64,000 nucleotides of DNA, from positions 124,001 to 188,000 of IMG/VR virus record IMGVR_UViG_3300005337_000441; one strand, 5' to 3'. The translations under genes and the position numbers were made by a program. The notes under the pieces are model-generated. The model was not told where the DNA came from. It searched no databases and was given only the letters and a program-made list of their open reading frames with translations. Each line of letters begins with the position of its first letter. The stretch's first letter is position 1. Positions 37,474 through 46,162 of this stretch are shown piece by piece.

Positions 37474-37518
37474 CCCCGGGAGAGCTTCGGCTTTCCTGGG
37501 GTCTTATGCCGTCTTTTT
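37474..37518 (+). terminator. Intrinsic terminator
   Basis: CCCCGGGAGAGC-TTCG-GCTTTCCTGGGG then TCTTATGCCGTCTTTTTT. Confidence 0.85.
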
Positions 37519-37564
37519 TCTGTTCAGTCCTCAGATCCTATGATTACCATGACAGGAGGCTTGA

Positions 37565-38938
37565 ATGCCAATTGCTGGCCAAAAACCGACATCGGAACCG
37601 GAAGTCCGAGTTGAACTTCCCGCTGTCGAGCCAACAAACTACAAGTCGGTCATTTATGACGACAACAACGTTCCTCTGCAATCGCTTCTCGCGTTCGTAG
37701 AAGGCGCTCCCTGGCCCGTAGACTACTACGCCCAGGTCAAGGCACAACACAACGATCTGCGTGACGTGGATCCCGGCCAGCAAGCCGTCTACCAACAGTA
37801 CCAGAAGTTCGTGGGTCTGGAGATCCGCGTGGACCAGGCTCTGACCACGTCGTTCGATTCCAACTCCGCCAACTCCACGGTGACGGGCAGCGGCAACATG
37901 TATCCGTTCATGAAGGTGAACGTGGGGGATGTGTTCGTGACGGATGTGGCCGACAACAAGCGGGCCATGTTCCGTTTGACGGAAGTCAGCCGCCGCACCT
38001 TCAACCGTGACAGTGCCTGGACCATCGAGTACACGATGATCGGTTACGTGGACGGCAGTGCCGACAACCAAGCACAGTTCGCTGCGCTGGAGAACGGCAC
38101 CATCCGTACGTACTACTTCAGCAAGGATCGCTTGCTGGAGGGTCTGCAGCCGTTCATCAAGAGCGAAGAGTACGCCAACGTCACCAACCTGCGTTCGGTC
38201 TACGAGGATCTGATCCAGTACTACTTCCAGAACATCTTCAACCTGAAGTACTCCACGCTCGTGGTGCCAGGTCAAGACTACGCGATCTACGACATGCATC
38301 TGGTCGAGTTCCTGATGAAAATCGTGGACACGGAAGATGCGGATCAGATCAAGCACGTCAAGCGCCTGACTGCGGACAACGACATCTACCTGCAGCAACC
38401 CGACCTGTGGTCGATGCTGTACGAGCGTGACTACCCGCAGCGCTTGCGCTGCAACCAGGTCTTTGGCCTGGTGGGACGCAACTACTTCAACCGCAACACG
38501 TTCTTGACGGGGTTCCGTTACAGCAACGTGCAGTACCTGGTCTACCCCAACGATCCGGACACCTCGCTCAACATCGAGGGCACGTGCGGTGCCAAGCCGA
38601 TCGACCTGCAAGAGATCATCAACACCACGCCGTTCAAGGGCCAGGATTACTCGGACGTGGACAACACGTACGTGGACGATCTGAAGTCCTACGACATCAT
38701 CCACGAGGTGCTCTCGGACGACCGCTACGTTCTGTCTGCGGCGTTCTATGACGACACGGACGACAAGTCGCTGCTGGAGATCCTGGTGCGTGACTACATG
38801 AACAGAGCGGCGATCGATCTCCCCAAGCTCCTCGCCTGTTGCAACGTGTTCAAGAAGTGGAAACGCCTGGAGCAGTTCTACTACGGGCCGCTCCTGCTCA
38901 CGCTGCTGCGTGAAGCCTACAGGGCTCAGTACACCTGA
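37565..38938 (+). CDS. Virion structural protein (neck/head-tail connector-like, inferred)
   Basis: AGGAGG RBS; LLAFVEGAPWPVDYY..., VGDVFVTDV pattern; structural block. Confidence 0.7.
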   Translation: MPIAGQKPTSEPEVRVELPAVEPTNYKSVIYDDNNVPLQSLLAFVEGAPWPVDYYAQVKAQHNDLRDVDPGQQAVYQQYQKFVGLEIRVDQALTTSFDSNSANSTVTGSGNMYPFMKVNVGDVFVTDVADNKRAMFRLTEVSRRTFNRDSAWTIEYTMIGYVDGSADNQAQFAALENGTIRTYYFSKDRLLEGLQPFIKSEEYANVTNLRSVYEDLIQYYFQNIFNLKYSTLVVPGQDYAIYDMHLVEFLMKIVDTEDADQIKHVKRLTADNDIYLQQPDLWSMLYERDYPQRLRCNQVFGLVGRNYFNRNTFLTGFRYSNVQYLVYPNDPDTSLNIEGTCGAKPIDLQEIINTTPFKGQDYSDVDNTYVDDLKSYDIIHEVLSDDRYVLSAAFYDDTDDKSLLEILVRDYMNRAAIDLPKLLACCNVFKKWKRLEQFYYGPLLLTLLREAYRAQYT

Positions 38939-38957
38939 AGCTACAAGGAGCCTCACC

Positions 38958-39641
38958 ATGCGTCAACGACTCATGGCAGAAAAGCGCCGGCAAGAAGAAG
39001 CGCTCAAGAACGATACCACGCACGCGATCTGGGAATTGAAGTTCCATGTGAAAGTTCCTCAGCTCGCGGTGCGCGGCATCGAGATGATCCGCTTGCGCGG
39101 CACGCTCGTCTCCGGCGTCAAGGAAATTGACGATGACATCAAGAACCGGCTGATCTCCACGTACTGTTCGATCAACGAAATGATCGAGCTCTACCGCCAA
39201 GACATCCCGGTTCGCGTGACCAACGTTGCCGACACCAAGACGATCTACGAGCACATCACCACACACCTCGTGGCCTGGCGCGACCAGTTGAAACGTGGCG
39301 TGAACCTGGGTCGTGCTCCGATCGGTGACCTGATCCTCATGGATCGGTTTGCCACCACCGTCTACGCTTACGCCAAGTACCGTTTCCTGGAACAAGGCGA
39401 CGAGCTCGACAGCCTGCTGGCACGTCACATCACCGGCATCATGGGTGTGTCCATGAACAACTTCTTCGACACGAAGGCAATCGCCCGGATGAAGATGAAG
39501 GAAGTCGGCGAGAACGCCACCATCGACGAGCATGGCAACACGGTCATCAACGGCAACGATACGGTGATCCCGGCTCGTGAGTCCTACTCGGAGTTCTTCG
39601 AAGAACGCCTCATCAACGGTTCATGGAGAGGAAAGAGATAA
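38958..39641 (+). CDS. Conserved hypothetical protein
   Basis: AAGGAG RBS before ATG 38958. Confidence 0.75.
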   Translation: MRQRLMAEKRRQEEALKNDTTHAIWELKFHVKVPQLAVRGIEMIRLRGTLVSGVKEIDDDIKNRLISTYCSINEMIELYRQDIPVRVTNVADTKTIYEHITTHLVAWRDQLKRGVNLGRAPIGDLILMDRFATTVYAYAKYRFLEQGDELDSLLARHITGIMGVSMNNFFDTKAIARMKMKEVGENATIDEHGNTVINGNDTVIPARESYSEFFEERLINGSWRGKR

Positions 39642-39644
39642 GAC

Positions 39645-41072
39645 ATGGCCAACAGCTATGAACTTGAGAGTTCACCGATTTGGATGGACGTCAAGAAAAT
39701 CATTGGCTCCGGTAAGAAGCCAGTGAAATTCGAGTATCGGGGTCAACTGCACACCGAGAAGCAAGACATCACGGTTCTCAAGATCAAATCGCTGGACGTC
39801 GTTCGTGACTACTGGCGCAAGATCGGAGACCTCGTCGAGATCATGTTCCAGATGCCACTGGGCGACTACATGAACTTGCTCTATCCTTTTCGGACCAACC
39901 TGGAGTTCTCGATCAAGCGGATCGAGCTCACGGAAGGCTCCACTGAGAAGGAGCCCAACTCCAAAGTCTACGTCGAACGCTACAAGGCGGTTTTCCTCGT
40001 GGACAAGAATCCGGTGCCCGCCACAGCCGACCTGGAACAGTACGACAACGAATCGCTGAACAACGCGGACATCGTGGACGTGCGTTTGCAACTGGTAGAT
40101 CGCTCGCTCGAACCCCTGCGCATCAAGACCGCGTTCGGTGTGTTCCGTGACGTCACACAAAAGCAAGTCATCCGCACGGTGCTCGGTGGTGAATCCGCCA
40201 AGGTTCTCGTGGACGGCAAGCCTTCGATTGACGGCATCAACATCGTTGAGCCTGACAACCTGGAAGAAAAAGATCACATCATCTTCCGCAACGGTGTCTC
40301 TGTGCTCTCGGTGCCCACCTATCTCCAAGAAGAGATGGGCGGTGTGTACAGTACGGGGATCGGTACGTATCTGCAGCGCTACAAGGAAAAGCGCCTGTGG
40401 TTCGTCTACCCGGTCTACGACACCAAGCGCTTCGACAAGACGCCTGACGACAAACTCATCGTCTATGCCTTGCCCCAGGACAAGTACCCGGGGTTGGATC
40501 GCACCTACAACAAGGACGGAGCGGTCGTGATGGTGGTGGCTACCTCTGGCCGTCGCTATCAGGACAGTGCAGACGTGGACTTCATGAACAAGGGGGTGGG
40601 TTTCCGCATGGCGGAGGCTCGATCCTTCATGAAGAAACCCGTGGTCCTGAAGGAAGGCGAAGGTGCCAAGGGTGTGCGGGTGAAGCTCAACCATGAGTCA
40701 GGCACGGAAGACCGGGAAGACGGTCTGAATTATGCCCCGACCGTGGAGACGTCTGCCAATCCGTTCACGGAGTACAGCCGCGTGCTCGGGATGCAAGTCG
40801 CCCAGGTGGACTTCCTGTGGGAGAACTCCAACCCTGAGCTGCTGTACCCCGGCATGCCTGTGAAGTACGTGTTCCTGGACAACAACAAGCCCGTGGAACT
40901 CAAGGGGACGGTCGTGTTCGTTCACACCCTCACCGCTTTACAGGCTCAAGGCACCAACTCCAACGTCTACAAGAACATCTCGACAGTGACGCTGCTCGTC
41001 GAACAAGTCTCCGTGGAGGCAAAGTTCAAGAACCGCCCACTGCCTCCGGCCAAACCCTATGCAAAGTTCTAG
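39645..41072 (+). CDS. Baseplate hub/tail tip protein (phiKZ gp101-like, T4 gp27-like)
   Basis: Beta-rich, LLYPGMPVK near C-terminus typical of hub proteins; synteny. Confidence 0.65.
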   Translation: MANSYELESSPIWMDVKKIIGSGKKPVKFEYRGQLHTEKQDITVLKIKSLDVVRDYWRKIGDLVEIMFQMPLGDYMNLLYPFRTNLEFSIKRIELTEGSTEKEPNSKVYVERYKAVFLVDKNPVPATADLEQYDNESLNNADIVDVRLQLVDRSLEPLRIKTAFGVFRDVTQKQVIRTVLGGESAKVLVDGKPSIDGINIVEPDNLEEKDHIIFRNGVSVLSVPTYLQEEMGGVYSTGIGTYLQRYKEKRLWFVYPVYDTKRFDKTPDDKLIVYALPQDKYPGLDRTYNKDGAVVMVVATSGRRYQDSADVDFMNKGVGFRMAEARSFMKKPVVLKEGEGAKGVRVKLNHESGTEDREDGLNYAPTVETSANPFTEYSRVLGMQVAQVDFLWENSNPELLYPGMPVKYVFLDNNKPVELKGTVVFVHTLTALQAQGTNSNVYKNISTVTLLVEQVSVEAKFKNRPLPPAKPYAKF

Positions 41073-41388
41073 CAACCTCTACCAAGCTCTTCTGAAGTTC
41101 CTGTCACGTTTCACGGATAGGAAGATCCCCGGACCCAAGGGGGTGAGCACGGACGACAACCTCGTCCTCAGTAGCAACCCTACTGCGGAACAGATCGAAA
41201 AAGCTCAACGTCAGACCAAGGCCGTCTACCGTCTGCGAGACCCCGATGAAGTCGGGGGCTTTGAGATGGACGGCCAGGTCATCCGGGGTGACAAGTCCCT
41301 CATCAAGGTTCGCCACACACGCACGCAAGAGATCCTCCTCATGCCCAAGCGTACGTGGGAACTCCTCTTCGAAAAGGAAAAACCGTGA
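41059..41388 (+). CDS. Hypothetical protein
   Basis: Overlaps neighbours at both ends (GTGA with 41385). Confidence 0.55.
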   Translation: MQSSSNLYQALLKFLSRFTDRKIPGPKGVSTDDNLVLSSNPTAEQIEKAQRQTKAVYRLRDPDEVGGFEMDGQVIRGDKSLIKVRHTRTQEILLMPKRTWELLFEKEKP

Positions 41389-42698
41389 TCACGATCGACA
41401 TTGAAGAAGACGCGCTGAAAGTGGTCGGCTCCGACGAGCAAGGCGGCGTCTGGTCTCCGTCGGACACGTTCGACAAGGAAGACCATTCCATCGTTGGCGA
41501 GTACAAGCGCCAGCAATGGGAGATCAGCGACGGCCTCACGCAGATCGAACAGATCACCGCGCTGGAAGACATCTTCACCGAAGCCGGTGACGACATCTCC
41601 GAGCAAGCCGAGCAGATGCTGCAGGTGACGTTGGAGTCCATCGCCACCCGTCTCGGCCTGGAGCGTCCTGCCAAGCCGGCGCTGGAGTCTTTCAAGACCA
41701 AGCACGTGGCACTGGAAGGTCTGGGTGGCTACCTCAAGCAGATCTGGGAGCGCATCGTCGAGATGTTCAAGAAGATGTGCAAGGCCGTGCACGACTGGGT
41801 CGGCAAGATGGTCGGCAAGGAAAATGCCGCTCACGTCGACAAGGTCAAGCGTGAAGGCAAGGAGATTGCCAAGAGCGCTCCGGCAGCTCCGAAGCTCACG
41901 CAAGTGGGCAATGGCGCGGTCCAACACTTCAAACACCTGGGCAACAACTTCGACATCAAGGCACTCAACCGTGACCTCGCCGCACTGCATGCTTCCGTGA
42001 AGGCGGCTCACGGTTTTGACAAGGTGATCGGTGAAGTGCTCGGCCTTCTGAACAAGCTGGTCGAAGAACGCATCGAAGGGGAAACGGATCTGGACCCCAG
42101 CGCCATCGACGCGGTCTTTGCGCCGCTGAACGCCTACACGTCGGCACACTTCCCCACGCTCACCGACCGTGCCCACTACAGCGTCGGCATCGAGGCAGCC
42201 ATGCGCAACGCGTTCCCTCACGACTCGGTGCGGGTACAACACTGCCTGGCGCTCCGAGGTCTGGCTTCGGGCATTGCCTTCTTGGCACTGGAACACAACC
42301 ATCCGACGGTGCCGGTCAAGTACGTCTACGACCTGCAACATCCCAACTACAGCGACAAGCTCTCCGACACCTTCACCGCCATGGTGCCGGACGTCGGTTC
42401 GCTCCAGACCTACGCGGGCATGATCGAGAAGGTCGGCAACGACTTTGACCACGCCGCAGACAACGCGCAAGACACCATCGGCCAAGACAAGTACGTCAAG
42501 AACATGGAGCGCATCCGTGATCTGGTCGGCAAGAAGAAGAGCCCCTGGCTCAGCGCGGCGCCGGCCATGTACCGTCAGGTGCATGAACTGCAAAGCGCTG
42601 CACTGCGACTCCTTCAAGGACTGAGTTCCTCGATTCACTCCCACTGGGGCATGTACGAGATCTTCATCAAGCAGTACAGGGTCGAAAAGACCAGCTAA
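41385..42698 (+). CDS. Internal head protein paralog (gp93-97 family)
   Basis: TLESIATRLG, PALESF, VALEGL then QIWERIVEMFKK helix. Confidence 0.8.
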   Translation: MITIDIEEDALKVVGSDEQGGVWSPSDTFDKEDHSIVGEYKRQQWEISDGLTQIEQITALEDIFTEAGDDISEQAEQMLQVTLESIATRLGLERPAKPALESFKTKHVALEGLGGYLKQIWERIVEMFKKMCKAVHDWVGKMVGKENAAHVDKVKREGKEIAKSAPAAPKLTQVGNGAVQHFKHLGNNFDIKALNRDLAALHASVKAAHGFDKVIGEVLGLLNKLVEERIEGETDLDPSAIDAVFAPLNAYTSAHFPTLTDRAHYSVGIEAAMRNAFPHDSVRVQHCLALRGLASGIAFLALEHNHPTVPVKYVYDLQHPNYSDKLSDTFTAMVPDVGSLQTYAGMIEKVGNDFDHAADNAQDTIGQDKYVKNMERIRDLVGKKKSPWLSAAPAMYRQVHELQSAALRLLQGLSSSIHSHWGMYEIFIKQYRVEKTS

Positions 42699-42704
42699 GC
42701 GCAC

Positions 42705-42744
42705 ACAGGAGGGGGCCTTCGGGCTCCCTCCTGTTTATGCCGTC
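42705..42744 (+). terminator. Intrinsic terminator
   Basis: ACAGGAGGGGGCC-TTCG-GGCTCCCTCCTGT then TTATGCCGTC. Confidence 0.85.
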
Positions 42745-42795
42745 TACTTTTCTTTTCCAAAATCCTCTGGTGAAAGCTCTTCTGGAGTGTGTCCA

Positions 42796-43239
42796 ATGCC
42801 TAAGGCAAAAATGACCGAGCGCGAGTTCCTCATCAGTCTCGCTCTCAAGAATTACAACCAGCAGTTCGGAAAAGACTTCAGAGTCGAGGACTGCGATATC
42901 AAATCTCTCGACACCCGTGTGAACTACGATCTCAGTTATGAGGTCTGGACCAACCGGGTAGATGACTTCTTGCGCATGCGCATGCACTTGCTCCTCAGTC
43001 ATGGGGATGGCCTGGGCAAGTACCGACTGGAAACAGACGGCACGCAAGACGTTGGTGGTCTCACCGACGAAGTGTTCGTGGCCTTGGGGCGGGTGGACCG
43101 CTACTACAAGGATGCGGGCATCTACAAGTTCCACCCCATCCTTCCCGACAATGCGCTCCTTCCTTACATCCTTGGCGAGGATTATGACCCGATCCTCGAC
43201 GAGGCCGGGGAACCCCTCTTTACCGAAAACGGAACCTGA
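42796..43239 (+). CDS. Hypothetical protein (tail-region)
   Basis: GGAG RBS; ORF heads tail accessory operon. Confidence 0.7.
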   Translation: MPKAKMTEREFLISLALKNYNQQFGKDFRVEDCDIKSLDTRVNYDLSYEVWTNRVDDFLRMRMHLLLSHGDGLGKYRLETDGTQDVGGLTDEVFVALGRVDRYYKDAGIYKFHPILPDNALLPYILGEDYDPILDEAGEPLFTENGT

Positions 43240-43249
43240 GGCAGACGAC

Positions 43250-43774
43250 ATGCTGACGGACCAACTCAAACAGGACATCCGTCAGTTCGTCACCGAGCTG
43301 TTGGATCAACACAATCCCCCGGTCCGCAAAGAGGATCAGCAGTCCTATGTCGAATCCCTCCAGTTCTCGCTGGCCGGGAAATCTGAAAAAGGTCACCAGC
43401 ATGTCCACGCGGACATCAAGGACCGCTTCCCGTCTCTGGCCTTGATCGTCAGACGAGAAGGTGAAAACATCGTCATGGAAGTGACGGTCTCCAAAGTGCG
43501 AGGCTACTGCATGGGCGGAGCACTCATCGGGGTCATGGCTCAGTCCTTGAATCCGGAGAATGCTTCCAAGCCAATGCACACCGACTCGCGGCAGTTCATC
43601 AACGGTGAGTTGCTCTACAAGTTCACGCTACCCGACAACGTGAGAAACGCCATGCCAATCAAAGTGTTGGCTTTCATGCGGGATCTCAATGACCCCGAGG
43701 TGGACGTCCGTACGGACGTTCGAATTTTGAGTGTTGGGAAGTTACAGGGAAGCATCAATGAGCAAACTCTCTGA
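43250..43774 (+). CDS. Hypothetical protein
   Basis: GAGG RBS; overlaps next gene. Confidence 0.7.
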   Translation: MLTDQLKQDIRQFVTELLDQHNPPVRKEDQQSYVESLQFSLAGKSEKGHQHVHADIKDRFPSLALIVRREGENIVMEVTVSKVRGYCMGGALIGVMAQSLNPENASKPMHTDSRQFINGELLYKFTLPDNVRNAMPIKVLAFMRDLNDPEVDVRTDVRILSVGKLQGSINEQTL

Positions 43775-44246
43775 TTTGCGTACGGGTGACGTCTTGGCTT
43801 GGAAGCGCGACAAGCGCAGCAAGATGAGCAATCTGTTCATCCGAGTCATCCGTTACTTCACGGGCGGAGAATATGGCCATGTGGGCATCGTCATTCGACT
43901 GGCCGGTTGGGCTTTTGTACTGGAGGCATCGTTGCCTCTGGTGCGTCTGTCGCTGGTGCGCCCGATGGAAGAGATCTGGCACATCCCTCTGCCCCGACGT
44001 CCCGACGAGTCCGTGATCGCACAGTACATCAACCTGGTCGGACTGAACTATTCGATCATCGACGCCTTGCGAGCGGTGTTCGGTAAGGTCAGCAAGAAGG
44101 ATGACAAGTGGCAGTGTGCTGAGGTCATCATCGAGTACTGCAAGAGCATGGACTACCATCTGCCGGAGTGTGACTACACCCCCGATGCGGTGGTCAAGGC
44201 TCTTTGCAACCACTTCGTGGTGATTCCGGAACTGGTCGAGGAATAA
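43758..44246 (+). CDS. Permuted papain-like NlpC/P60 (YiiX/YebB-like) hydrolase
   Basis: GDVLAW, YGHVGIV (His), VLEA, GLNYS, WQCAEVI (Cys) in permuted order. Confidence 0.8.
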   Translation: MSKLSDLRTGDVLAWKRDKRSKMSNLFIRVIRYFTGGEYGHVGIVIRLAGWAFVLEASLPLVRLSLVRPMEEIWHIPLPRRPDESVIAQYINLVGLNYSIIDALRAVFGKVSKKDDKWQCAEVIIEYCKSMDYHLPECDYTPDAVVKALCNHFVVIPELVEE

Positions 44247-44315
44247 AACACCGAATCCTTTGGTGTAACCCATCCTCTTGTTTTCGGGTGCACATTCATC
44301 ACAACGAGGTAATTC

Positions 44316-44882
44316 ATGGCTCAGTTGCGCATCGAACGCGTAAATTCGTTGCCGGCGACCTTGGAACCGTCAACCCTGTACTACGTGAAGTCCTCAGACG
44401 CTGGTCTGGTGGATCTGTACGTGACAGGCAACGATGCCTCCGAAGTCCGACACCTCATCACGAAGGCTGAAATCCAGTCCTTGATCGCTTCGGCGGTCTC
44501 GGGTATGGCTGGTGCCATCGTGGTGGTGCAGGACATCGAGGAGCGCGACGCTCTGACCTTGACGGCCTCGACTATGGTCTTGGTCCTCGATGCCACGAGC
44601 GACGAGACGGTCCAAACAGGTTCGGCACTCTACGTCTGGGACGACTCCACGGGAACGTGGTACAAGGTCGCCGAGTACGAGTCTCTCGATCTCAGCCTCG
44701 ACTGGGGCTCCATCCAGGGTGGACCTGCGTCCAGCCCGTCTGCAATTGACGACGCCGTGGCGAAGTCGCATACACACAGCAACAAACCCATCCTCGACGG
44801 CCTCGGTGTCGACGAAGAAGGGTCCCTGACTTACAACAGCGCAGTGATCGCCAACGTGAAGGCAGCCCCTTCGGACTGGTGA
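44316..44882 (+). CDS. Short tail-fibre-associated protein
   Basis: N-terminus paralogous to 45009 and 46163; SHTHSNK motif; ends PSDW. Confidence 0.7.
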   Translation: MAQLRIERVNSLPATLEPSTLYYVKSSDAGLVDLYVTGNDASEVRHLITKAEIQSLIASAVSGMAGAIVVVQDIEERDALTLTASTMVLVLDATSDETVQTGSALYVWDDSTGTWYKVAEYESLDLSLDWGSIQGGPASSPSAIDDAVAKSHTHSNKPILDGLGVDEEGSLTYNSAVIANVKAAPSDW

Positions 44883-45008
44883 CCTCTGCTTCCGAATGAA
44901 GAATTTGGTGCGTTTCAACGTTGACGCATCTGTCTTCAGCCCTTCTACGGTGCACGCCGTGGAAGATCTCCCCTCGTGCCTCCTCTTCTCTTCACTGGAG
45001 CCTTTCTC

Positions 45009-46064
45009 ATGGCAACTTTGCTGATCAAACGCGTCCTGGCGCTGCCCTCGACCCTGGACGCTTCCACGATGTACATCGTGAAGTCCTCGGACGCGAACTT
45101 CGCCGAGCTGTACTTCACGAACGAAGACGGCTCCGCCGTCCGTCGCATCCCCACCACCGACGACACGACCGCGCTCATCAACTCGATGCTGCCGGAAACG
45201 ATCGACCGCCTGACCAGCGCCCGCCACATCACCATCGAAGGCGATGCGAGCTGGGACGTCATCTTCGACGGCTCTTCCGACGTCACCGCCAACCTCGTGC
45301 TGGCCGACACGGGCATCGTCGCCGGCGAATACGTCGTCACGACCGTCGACTCCAAGGGTCGCACCACCGGTGGCCGCAACCTGAATGCCTCCGACGTCCC
45401 GAACCTGCCCGGTTCGAAGATCGTCAGCGACATCACCGTCAACACCTCCGGCAATGCCGCCACGGCCGATGAAGCCGACAAGCTGTCCACCGCCCGCCTG
45501 ATCAACGGCGTCGCCTTCGACGGCACGTCCGACATCACCATCGACGCCGTCGACTCGACCCCCCGCATCGCGGTGAGCGAGAAGGGTGCTCCGCTGGGTG
45601 TCGCCACGCTGGACGCCGATGGCCTGGTTCCCGCCAGCCAACTGCCTTCCTACGTCGATGACGTCATCGAAGTCGCCAACTTCGCTGCCCTGCCGGCGAC
45701 CGGCGAAGCCAGCAAGATCTACATCACGCTGGACAACAACAAGACCTACCGCTGGGGTGGCTCGGTCTACGTCGAGATCCCGTCGGGCGTCGGCACCGCT
45801 GACAGCGCCCTGAAGCTGACGACCGCTCGCTCCATCACCGTCACCGGTGACGCCAGCTGGACGGTCTCCTTCGACGGCTCCGCCAACGTCTCGGCCGCTC
45901 TGACGCTGGCCAACAGCGGCGTGACCGCCGGCGAATACCCGGTCGTGACCGTGGACGCCAAGGGCCGCGTGACCGATGGCCGCGCTCTGGCTCTGGGTGA
46001 CCTGCCTTCCGGCATCCACGCTGCGACGGCCGACTCGCTGACGCTCGGCGCTTCCGAGTGGTAA
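45009..46064 (+). CDS. Tail fibre protein
   Basis: KLSTARLINGVAFDGTSDI fibre repeats; VTVDAKGRVT motifs; ends ASEW. Confidence 0.85.
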   Translation: MATLLIKRVLALPSTLDASTMYIVKSSDANFAELYFTNEDGSAVRRIPTTDDTTALINSMLPETIDRLTSARHITIEGDASWDVIFDGSSDVTANLVLADTGIVAGEYVVTTVDSKGRTTGGRNLNASDVPNLPGSKIVSDITVNTSGNAATADEADKLSTARLINGVAFDGTSDITIDAVDSTPRIAVSEKGAPLGVATLDADGLVPASQLPSYVDDVIEVANFAALPATGEASKIYITLDNNKTYRWGGSVYVEIPSGVGTADSALKLTTARSITVTGDASWTVSFDGSANVSAALTLANSGVTAGEYPVVTVDAKGRVTDGRALALGDLPSGIHAATADSLTLGASEW

Positions 46065-46091
46065 TCCGTTCAGTCCCTGGACGGTGAGATG

Positions 46092-46120
46092 AAAGGGCCC
46101 CGTGAAAGCGGGGTCCTTTT
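46092..46120 (+). terminator. Hairpin terminator
   Basis: AAAGGGCCCCG-TGAAAG-CGGGGTCCTTTT. Confidence 0.75.
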
Positions 46121-46162
46121 CTCCATTACCGCTTCTCGTGTACTGAATCAAGGATTCTCCAG

